A stretch of DNA of 64,000 nucleotides from Octopus bimaculoides (lineage: Eukaryota). The stretch is from NCBI RefSeq assembly GCF_001194135.2, contig NC_068994.1, positions 36,159,871 to 36,223,870 of the forward strand. The letters run 5' to 3'. Both the position numbers and the translations under genes were made by a program. Shown piece by piece: positions 12,861 through 23,168 of the stretch (positions are counted from its first letter, which is position 1; each line of letters opens with the position of its first letter). Under the pieces are notes generated by a model, which saw nothing but the letters and a program-made list of their open reading frames with translations, did not search any database and was not told the DNA's origin.

Positions 12861-13119
12861 TACATCATTTCATTAGCAAAGATGTGGTAATGAAGTATTC
12901 AGTACCTATCTGAATAAAACAGTGACCTACATTCACTACCGTAGCTTGGGGAAGGGCAGTTGGGGGCGGACTGCCCTGAGCCCCCAATTTTTTTTTCAAT
13001 GTGAGTTCCGGACCCTAGTAATAAACTCATTTGCATACAGCCAATCAGAGCAGAGCCACCTTTATCCTTTCTAGTCAGTACCGTGCATTCCTTACTTTCT
13101 CCCTCTCTACTGGCAGACC

Positions 13120-13560
13120 TTTTTGTCACTATCAAACGACAAAACGTGGTTATCAGCAACTGTCAAAGACAAAAGAAATAAGCCGAGACAGTACGTGATC
13201 CAGACAGCTGGAAAGAAATACAGGAGAAATCGACGACACTTTTGTCCATCGAAAGAGGCTGATAATCAATTCAAAGAACAGCAGCATCTGTCTCATGAAT
13301 CAAACTGTGAAGAACCAACTGAACCTGACCTTGTTGAGCACCCGACCCCAAATAAGCTATCTCCAGAAGCTGGCAAAACAACAAGTAGTGGTGGTATAAT
13401 TCAGAAAACGATAAAATACAGAAAACAATAAGTTCTAAGACTGGACAGAATAATACCGTAAGAACATGAAAGTAATCTACCCCTGTGATTGTTTATGTGT
13501 AAAATAATTTTGTCCTACGTCTTAGAATAGCGTATGTAACGTAGTGAGTTACTTCCCTTT
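13120..13560 (+). mobile_element. Gypsy LTR retrotransposon pol C-terminus and possible start of the 3' LTR
   Basis: ORF 13123-13431 (TWLSATV...PRQYVIQTAGKKYRRNRRHF...SSGGIIQKTIKY) fits the post-integrase tail motif W..GTV...PRSY.V...YRRNRRHL...TRSGR. A TGTAAC at 13535 follows about 100 nt later. Confidence 0.7.
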
Positions 13561-15150
13561 AATTTTAATATTACTTATTTGTCCCAGTGCAGTGGTGAAT
13601 AGAGTGGAAGAAGAATCGTGTCAAAGTGATTGTATCATACTCTGTAAATTGGGTGAAATTTGTGCATAAAGTTTGGGATGCGTGTGCCCATCATGGCAAT
13701 TCAAGTAAAATTGTAGGGAAGTGGCAGCTTTATATTGGGATTCAATTTGGAGTTTATTGTTTTGAACTGCATTTCGTATTTATTGATGAGCTTGTATAAC
13801 AGAACTATTACTGTATTCGATGGCTTATGGGACGCACAGTTATCTCAAATATGTCACAATAAAAAAAAACATAAGAAAAATGGAAAGTCATCTTGAGTCC
13901 AATATGCTAAGTTGCTTTAGGAAGACCAAACTGATAGTCTGGCAACCCGCTAAAATAACATTAAAAATCGAAAGGAGAAAATAAACAACTTTGCAAGTTT
14001 AACTCAGTGTTTATTGAATAAGAAAGGTGCGAAATTTAAGAAGCGACTTGTTAGAATATACATGTCTGTTAGGAGACATAAACAAGAAGAGCAAAAATCG
14101 GCCATACCAAAAAAAACTGGTAATACATACATTACAAGTGTTCTATGAAGAGAACATAAGACACTACCAAGCTATACTCGCTTGTGAGTGACGACTATGG
14201 TTCTATTTTCCGATACTTTTAATCTCTTGTTAATTTTATTGTTTCTGTTTAACTCTAAGCCAACCTCGCTAGAACAGACCAATGATAATTTTCATAATTT
14301 TCGTGCTTATGTGATTACATTATTTATGTGTCTGTTTAAATCGGTTGGGTATGATTCTGAGGAAGATTTGGTTGAGAAATAGTTGTTTAGCTACAGTTCA
14401 GTTTTTACTGTGCAAACTTATAACCAAAAGCATTTCAAACATGACTGCTCCGATGTGTTCTCTGAGAGATTCGTATTCTCATGACTATATTACCAAAAGT
14501 GCTTCCCGTCTTTTTCTTTTTTGCTGGGGCTGTAGGGTGTGTTGTGAGAGATATATCTGGTCGAAAGACCACGTAAATGCTAGTCCCTAGACAGGGAAGT
14601 TACTCGAAAGAGTAGAAGTGCTTAATAAATGTCACAATTTTGTGCTATGAGTTCAAATCTCACTGGAATCGACTTTTCACTTATTTTTTCTGAGGTCGAT
14701 AAAATCAATATATCAAATATACAACAGAAGCGATGCATCAGATTTATCCATCAACTACAATTTCGTAGCTTTGTAACCGTGTACTGATCGATATAAGTAA
14801 TGATTACACTTCGTATAAGTTGCTGATTTGATCAAGTAGACGTATATAATTAAAGGCTTTTCAGCCATGACCATCCAGTCTTTTTAAGAAAATATAAGGT
14901 TACATTTTGTAATATGGTCTTTCGGTGCTACTTTAATGTGCCGTTTACTGTAGTATCCGTTGTCTATGCTGTGAAATAGCTTTATTTATGTTAGGTTTAA
15001 TATTATAGCTGGGTTAGTCTGCATGCTAAAGTGCAAATGACCAGGTAGACCATACGCTAAAGTGGTACCGTTCATTCTTTATCTAAGATGGTAGGGTATG
15101 ATTTGGTCGCTGTTTTTAGCAAATCAACTGCACTTATAGGGACACTTTTT

Positions 15151-15201
15151 GGATCTTGTTTCGTTAAGAAAATACTGGTGCCCCCGTTTTGAAATAGATC
15201 C
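15151..15201. mobile_element. 51-bp minimal copy of the GGGATC-ended MITE
   Basis: ggatct followed by an exact reverse complement of 15907-15951. Confidence 0.75.
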
Positions 15202-15904
15202 ACATTTTGAATTTTCCATCTGCACAAATGGTATAAAGTTGTTATTTATACCCTGTCTGGAAAAAAAAAAAATAGGACGGTCACAGTTGGAATACCTTTC
15301 TTCTTCGGTCTACTTCATCAGACCTAACCTGAGCATAACTACAACAGCGCTACAGTTTCTCTCAGATATTAGTTTCCATTATAACAGATTTCAGTTTTAT
15401 AATAAAATAGGAGAGGCGGAATGTCAAAATGAAGCCCCATCACTTTACATTTTGACAAATATATTATATAACATTCATTATCAGAAAACATATATAATGT
15501 GTGTAGGTTTAGAGTTAGTGACTTTCATTTTTTTTTTTAAATTAAAATTTTGCTTTAAATATCAGAATTTATTTCGCTTTCTTATCATTCTTATTTTGAT
15601 TGGCAGGAAGAAAGGTGGTGCATTGTTGACAGAATCATTTGCGTATTATAAAATGTCACAGGATGTCATAAACTTTTCTTTTTCTTTCTCTGGCTTTTAA
15701 CATTCTGTATTCAAATTCCACCGAGGTCACCTTTGACTTTCATCCCACTAGGTTCGATAAAATAAAATACCAATCGAGTACTGCAGAAGTACTGATGTGG
15801 ATTTAATCAATGACCCTCTTTCCGCTAAATTCTGGCCGTGTCTGCGTTAGAAATAATTCATATTTAATGGGATGTTGCTCTACTAGGTACTTAGAAAAAA
15901 AAGT

Positions 15905-16471
15905 GGGATCTATTTCAAAACGGGGGCACCAGTATTTTCTTAACGAAACACTAACGAAACACTTTGAAACTTGAGACACTGGTAGAATGTGTCATATAAA
16001 ACATCTTTTACTCTTAGTCTTCTTAACAAAAAAACGTACATCGCAAGTTATTCCATGTTAAAGTTGTCGTATTTCTGTAATTTCAACCAATCACTGACGT
16101 CTATTCAGCCGAATAGAGTTACTGCTGGGCGGTCATAAAAATGTTATTCCCTGTGACATATTTCATCCGGTTTAATCGTAATTTATACGCATATATTGTT
16201 TATATAATAAATTACGCTGTGCGTATCTATATGTATAACAATTTTAGAGTTCGGATTCTAGAGTTAGGGTTAGGGCTAGGGTTAACAGTCTAGTTAGGGT
16301 TAGGGTTAGGGGATTAATACGATATACACCGTTACAGCGCTAACTGTTTTCAACTGAATAGACGTCAGTGATTAGTAGAAATTATCGAAATAAGACAATT
16401 TTTACATGAAATAAATTCGAATACAAAATTTTTTTTCTGTTCTATAATGCCCCCGTTTTGAAATAGATCCC
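15905..16471. mobile_element. MITE with 24-bp perfect TIRs, inner inverted repeats and a (TTAGGG)n core
   Basis: TIR gggatctatttcaaaacgggggca at 15905-15928 and 16448-16471; inner IR 16048-16108 / 16354-16414; telomeric repeats at 16264-16312. Confidence 0.9.
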
Positions 16472-16599
16472 AAAATATTCCTTTTCCAAAATAAACGGAC
16501 AAAAAGTATCAACTCTGAATACCTAACAAGAATTCTAAATCTGAAACTAAACCGCTATTAAAAACAACTTCTCTATACGGATTACCCCAGAGCAAGTCT

Positions 16600-18190
16600 G
16601 TTTGAAGAGCTGCAAACAGTGGAAGCGCTTTACCACCCCGTTAGAACACACACAAGTGAAAGAACCAGTGGATTTCTTTGCCGCCTCACCTATAACCAGC
16701 GAGATAGTTACGACAGATTACATCGACATTAGCGAAGAAGATATACTACTAGCCATAGATGAGGTAGACGCAAACACAACTGCTGGTTCTGATGGTTTCT
16801 TAGCAATCCTCCTCAAATCGTGTAAGCGTTCCTTGGCGAAACCTCTACAGATTTTCTTCCAGAGCTTTCTGGCAAATGGCAGGCTGCCAAGCAAACTGAA
16901 GGAGGGAATAATATGCCTAATCTATAAAGGGGGAAGCAGAACAAATGCCAAAAACTATAGGCCTATCTTTCTTACTTCACACATCAGCAAAGTGATTGAA
17001 CAGACAGTCAGAGGGAAACTAATCGCATTCCTTGAAGAAAACAATTTGCTGAGTCATAACCAGCAAGGCTTTCGACCAAGTAGGAGCTGCATGACCCAGC
17101 TCTTACAGCACTATGACTGGGTGTTGAGGCAGTTACTGAACAAATTTCAAATGTGGACGTAATATACCTTGACTTTGCAAAAGCTTTTGATAAAGTAGAT
17201 CATGGTATGATATGCTACAAATTGCGTGACCTTGGCATAGCTGGAAAACTCGGAGAGTGGTTACATGACTTCCTGAAAGATAGAAGTCAGGCAGTAGTGG
17301 CCAATGGAGGTACCTCAAAGAAAACACAAATAGTGAGTGGTGTTCCTCAGGGCACTGTCTTGGAACCACTGCTTTTCATAGTGGCCCTCTCAGATACGCC
17401 TTCAGCTGCCCGGATAGCCACCCTTGCTAGCTATGCAGACAATACGAAAGTCTCCCAGCGCTGTTTGCGCATCTGCAGCAGGAGTTGGACTCAATTTACA
17501 AATGGGCAGAGGATAATAATATGCAGTCTAATGCTGAAAAAATCCAAGCCTTGCGTTACCAGCGTCCAAAACTGAAGATAAATCAGTGAGAGACCTGGGT
17601 ATCGACATGAATGATGATACCTCTTTCCAAGTGCACATTACTAGGATGGCGGCAAAGCACTGACGACTGGCTGGCTGGATTCTGAGAACGTTTAGGACCA
17701 GAGAAAAGGAAACCATGATGGTCCTCTGGAGGANNNNNNNNNNNNNNNNNNNNNNNNNNNNNNNNNNNNNNNNNNNNNNNNNNNNNNNNNNNNNNNNNNN
17801 NNNNNNNNNNNNNNNNNNNNNNNNNNNNNNNNNNNNNNNNNNNNNNNNNNNNNNNNNNNNNNNNNNNNNNNNNNNNNNNNNNNNNNNNNNNNNNNNNNNN
17901 NNNNNNNNNNNNNNNNNNNNNNNNNNNNNNNNNNNNNNNNNNNNNNNNNNNNCCCAAAGGGCCTGAGGGACCGACACAAAGTAGATGTAGGTGTTTTCAA
18001 ATCAAAACTGGACCTCTTCTTGTGGAGAGTCCCAAATGAACCTACTTCTCGGCAAGAGGTGCAAATGAGGGTAGCAACATCAAACTCACTTATTCACCAA
18101 GTGCCAGATATTAGAGGAGGCTCTCAATAATAACAGTGTAGCAAAACGGCGGTGCTCCAGCATGGCCGCAGCTCTGAGCTGAAACTACAA
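16600..18190 (+). mobile_element. CR1-like LINE, 5'-truncated and frameshifted, spanning a gap
   Basis: RT motifs NYRPIFLTSHISKVIE, HNQQGFRPSRSCMTQLL, YLDFAKAFDKVDHG, SGVPQGTVL, YADNTK. 3' UTR ends ggcggtgctccagcatggccgcagctctgagctgaaac before (TA)n. Confidence 0.92.
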
Positions 18191-19489
18191 TACATATATA
18201 TATATATATATATATATATGTTGCAACATAAATTTCTATACATTTTCCTTCTTTTTAAATTTTTTTTACTGCAATTTACCACTTGGGATTTTTGCTCAAA
18301 CCTCTTCACTATATACACAATTTTGCCAAACAAAGGCAGCTCTCTAGCATGGCAACTAGATGAAACAAGTAAAAGTCATCATTAATTAAAATATCGGACT
18401 TCGGTTCACAAGTAATTTCTGAGATATTCAAAGCTAAAACTCAGTTAAGTAGTCGTGGAAGCTAACTGTAGTAATACCTCACTTTATAGAAAATGATTGT
18501 TTCAAATTTAGTCATAAAGCCAGCAATCTAGAGGAAAGTGGGTTACTTGATACCATCGACCTTGGTACTTTATTTTATCCAACATAGTGGGATGAAAGGC
18601 AAAATTGACTTCAGTGAGATTTCAACATGTAAAAGAGCTGGAATAAATAGCGCAAAGACATTTTTGTAGATAACAAAACAAAAACGATCTTCCATATTTT
18701 GAATTTTGTTAATCGTAATTCGCCGAAATAATAACAAAACATTATCTAAATCTCAACAAGAATACTACTTAGAAAGAAAAAATGCCGATAATACATATCT
18801 ATAAGATCATTCAATCTGTATTCTGTCAGAAAAGAAAAATTATGGTATTAGGAGCTTAAAATCTCACATTAATCAGTGAGCCAGTTTTGAATTATCGGTC
18901 TAGCGTTTTTATGCGATCATAAATTCTCTTCTTTTATCCAATACATTAATATTGACATTTATTTCATTCCTCCTTTCCGTGTCTTAAAAGAAAACGGTGA
19001 AAGGTAAAGTTATTAAAAATAATAATATAAAAAAACTACTACTGAGCTCATTTTACACAGGCTATTTACCGATGAGCGCATACATGTTTGATTGTATCCA
19101 AAGTAAAATACATTTGAAAATCCTTCAACTAAATTTTTTTTCTCGAGTGCTCTTCAGCAACTGAACAGCAACGGAGAGATAACTTCAAGTAGAGCTAAAG
19201 CGTAACATTGCCCAGAACATTCTCAATCAAAATGCTTTACAAATCTTTGTGACAAGCACTATGGTTGCTGAATAGGCGAACAGTAGCAGATTCTGCTACT
19301 TTCAGAACTGCACGTAGTGAGACTGAACTCGTAACCATGTGGTTGAGAAGCAAACTTCTTACCATATATGTATGGCCAAGTTTTTTCTACTATAACCTCG
19401 TGCCAATCAAAGTCTGGTGAGTGGAGTTGATTGACAGAGACTGAAAGAAGCCCATCGTGTATATATATATTTGAAAAAGGAAAATAATT

Positions 19490-19632
19490 ACTTCACTGGT
19501 AGTTCTAATCAATTTAATTTTTTTAATAATATAATTTTACAGTTTGGTTTGTAGATCTAGTAAGTTCTTTGTTAACCAAACTGTAAATTTATATTAATAA
19601 AAAATTAAATTGATTAGAACTACCAGTGAAGT
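19490..19632. repeat. Near-perfect ~60-bp-arm hairpin
   Basis: 19490-19549 versus 19574-19632: two substitutions, one indel, 24-nt loop. Confidence 0.9.
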
Positions 19633-20217
19633 TATTTCATAATAAAAGTTGTCGTATTTCGGTAATTTCAACCAATCACTGACTTCTATTGAGGTGAAAA
19701 CAATTACTGCTGTGGAATGAAAACAACACATTTTAGCAGTGTAGTGGGATCTTTTCCCTTGAATAAAATCAGGTTCGGGTTTTAGGGTTAGGGTTAGGGT
19801 TATGAGTATTTTTGCCAAACCCTAACCCTAACTCTAAAACCCGAACCCTAACCCTAAAACCCTAAAGCTAAAACCAGTACCAATGCACGAACGATGTCAT
19901 AAATAACAGTACCGCCGATAGTTGTTGCTGACAAACAACGGCACTAATTTTATTCAAGGGAAAAGATCCCATTACACCGCTAAAACGTGTTGTTTACATT
20001 CCACAGTAGTAATTGTTTTCACCTCAATAGACGTCAGTGATTGGTTGAAATTACCGAAATACGACAATTTTAACACGAAATAACTTTAAAAAGATAACAT
20101 TTTCTCAATAACACTAAGAGTAAAAGATGTTTTATATGATACATTCTACCAGTCTCCCAAGTTTGAAAGTGTTTCGTTAAGAAAACAAGTGGCGCCCGCC
20201 AAATCAGAAAGATCCCA
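19629..20217. mobile_element. Second, divergent copy of the GGGATC MITE family, with 140-bp arms and head-to-head telomeric repeats
   Basis: Arms 19629-19769 / 19947-20086. The right end (20100-20217) is similar to the reverse complement of 15905-16030. The left terminus is missing. Confidence 0.85.
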
Positions 20218-20646
20218 TGTTAAAATGNNNNNNNNNNNNNNNNNNNNNNNNNNNNNNNNNNNNNNNNNNNNNNNNNNNNNNNNNNNNNNNNNNNNNNNNN
20301 NNNNNNNNNNNNNNNNNNNNNNNNNNNNNNNNNNNNNNNNNNNNNNNNNNNNNNNNNNNNNNNNNNNNNNNNNNNNNNNNNNNNNNNNNNNNNNNNNNNN
20401 NNNNNNNNNNNNNNNNNNNNNNNNNNNNNNNNNNNNNNNNNNNNNNNNNNNNNNNNNNNNNNNNNNNNNNNNNNNNNNNNNNNNNNNNNNNNNNNNNNNN
20501 NNNNNNNNNNNNNNNNNNNNNNNNNNNNNNNNNNNNNNNNNNNNNNNNNNNNNNNNNNNNNNNNNNNNNNNNNNNNNNNNNNNNNNNNNNNNNNNNNNNN
20601 NNNNNNNNNNNNNNNNNNNNNNNNNNNNNNNNNNNNNNNNNNNNNN

Positions 20647-20984
20647 TGCTCGTCCTCACCCGCGAACACCAGGTCAACAGAGAGACGGCTCGAGAAATCG
20701 CCACATCAATATGGCTGTTCAATGTTACTACTCGCCAGCTGGTCATAAGTGCACTTTGCATCCCGTACATATATATTGCCATCAGGGGAGCGAACCCCTA
20801 CCATCCTCCAGCAGACGACAAAATCGTAAGACCAATTCAGTTTCGAGCTAGTTTGCTCGTCCTCACCCGCGAACACCAGGTCAACAGAGAGACGGCTCGA
20901 GAAATCGCCACATCAGTATGGGTGTTCAGTGATACTAGTAATTTATTACCGAAGCGGAGTTTGGAGTATTACAGTGAACAATGA
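20647..20984 (+). repeat. 207-bp direct repeat with an uninterrupted reading frame, next to a gap
   Basis: tgctcgtcctcacccgcgaacacc occurs at 20647 and 20854. The frame LVLTREHQVNRETAREIATS... stays open to 20984. Confidence 0.8.
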
Positions 20985-22028
20985 TCTTCAGACCTCAATC
21001 GCAAGAACTGAACCGAAAAAGGTAGAAGATGCAGGGAAAGGTTAGGAAAAGAACAAAAAGAAATAATATAAATTAGAAATAAAGATGGGATAATAAGGAA
21101 TGATAAGAACCATTAACTGACGAGGAAAGGAATGAAATTAATGCTAGAAATGGAGTTAGAAAATGTATGGCATATGGGAAAGCATGAACGAAGAGAATAA
21201 ACAAGATTTCCCAGAAATTAATCAAAGGATTATGAAGGAAATGACAAGATATTCCCGAGTGGGGAAATGTTTATGGTTAACACTGTAAAACAACATGGGT
21301 CTTGGAATTTCCACTGGTGCTCCTCGTACACCCCCCCCACACACACAGTTTACTTGCGAAATTTTCCTTTTACAATCTACTAGATTTTGGAAAATTTTGT
21401 GCAGTTATTTTTATGAAAATTATTTGGCAACCTTGCTCTGAAGTCATTTTACTTTTGCTGCAATATTCCTGAAAAATGCATGAACATTACATTTATTATT
21501 ATCTTTTAACTATAAATCTGTAGTCTTCTCTATCTATACAAGAATTTTATNNNNNNNNNNNNNNNNNNNNNNNNNNNNNNNNNNNNNNNNNNNNNNNNNN
21601 NNNNNNNNNNNNNNNNNNNNNNNNNNNNAACACAAAAAAAAAAAAAAATTCCGTTAGTTTTGTCCTTATTATTTTAAACCTAGGGATTCTCTCATTTACA
21701 TTATTATTATTTTACATATTTGTTTGTTTTCTCTCTGTCTATGAAAGCTGGCTCCATTAATGAGCTGTCGGCTTTTAAAGGAAATTTGATTCCAATATGT
21801 AGACGGAGTGTTTTTAAATGCATCAGTAATATTTTTAGTGAAAGGGGGAAAAATCTATTCAAAAATTCACTTTTCATCTCTTGTCTGAATTAATAAAAGC
21901 ACTAAAGTATAATTTATTATAAGCGATAGATTCTTATTATAGAAAAAAATATCGTTTATTTAATTTTCGATATAAAATAACAATTAAAAGAAAAATTCAT
22001 TTACAGCCAATTATAGAGGAAGGTGGGA

Positions 22029-22165
22029 TCATGTGACTTTAATTCCGTTCTCTAGAAATAAAAACTAGGTTATAAGTTCAGATGGACATGAACTTTTACC
22101 TATCCGTAAAGTTGTGGATATATTTACCTTTCTTTGACGACGAACAGCAGCTTGAAGAGGTAAAT
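22029..22165 (+). promoter_or_regulatory. Candidate promoter or first exon with 5' splice site
   Basis: TCATGTGAC E-box at 22029-22037, nearby TTCCG, CpG-retaining context, and donor GAG|GTAAAT at 22159/22160. Confidence 0.3.
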
Positions 22166-22818
22166 ATTTGTTTTTCATCCTACATATTTGTTTGTATTTT
22201 AATTACTAATGCTACCCGTTTTATGTCAAAGAATTACATATTGGATATTTCGTTCTGGAGCTACAGGAAAGTGAAAGTATGCTACATTGTCAAAATGTGT
22301 GTTCTGAAACAAAAACTAAGTTTTTGTTTTTCTTCTACAAAAAGCAACTAAAGAACGAAAGTGAAATCGTGGTTATTACAGTGCCAGCTAGATATTATAT
22401 GGCATCCAACCTGACGTTCTTGTCCTAATAAATACTTAGTGATTACGTTCATAGTGTATGGGAACAAATCATGGCTACCCAAGTGTATCGAATGTACGTA
22501 ACACATCTAGTTATTTTATAACGAAATTTTGATTTGGTTTGAGCTTAGGATTCTAAGCTCACTGAAGACTCCATATCTTACAAGTGGATACAGTTGTGAC
22601 AAGAAATTGTCATTGCGAATAGAAGCATTTTGCACATGAAAACAGATTGAGTATTGAATGGGGAAACGTCTACTTTTGAGAAAGTAAATACTTTCACGTT
22701 AAAATACCCAGGAAATCACACACACACACACAGATAGAAGTAGTTATGCACACACGCACACACACATATATATATATATAATAATATTAGGGATAAAATC
22801 CAAAATTACAGGTAAAAA

Positions 22819-22867
<49 letters not shown>

Positions 22868-22901
22868 CAAATGAATAATAAAAGACGATGGAGAAATGTC
22901 A

Positions 22902-22986
22902 GTTCATTACAGCTGTTTCGTACGCATTTTAAATAGAAGAATGAGTACATTACAACATTGCAAAAACCGTAATCATCAGATGAAAC
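22902..22986 (-). ncRNA. Type I hammerhead ribozyme with extended stem II and palindromic loop III
   Basis: Minus strand: gtttcat-CTGATGA-ttacggttttt...aaaatgcgtac-GAAAC-agct-GTA-atgaac. Confidence 0.8.
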
Positions 22987-23112
22987 ATAATTTCAAAACA
23001 ATAGGAGAATATCCCAAGAACACAGTGGGAACATGCCCGAAGCCAGCCAAATCTGCCCATGGTTTTTTCATGGTCAACCTCAGCTGGCTTTGGGCATGTT
23101 CANNNNNNNNNN

Positions 23113-23168
<56 letters not shown>

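Noticed and set aside
13029-13047. Octamer ATTTGCAT next to CCAATCA
   Set aside because: It lies among transposon fragments, with no histone or snRNA gene downstream.
16264-16312. TTAGGG repeats as a chromosome end or fusion scar
   Set aside because: They are short, degenerate and embedded centrally in a TIR-bounded element.
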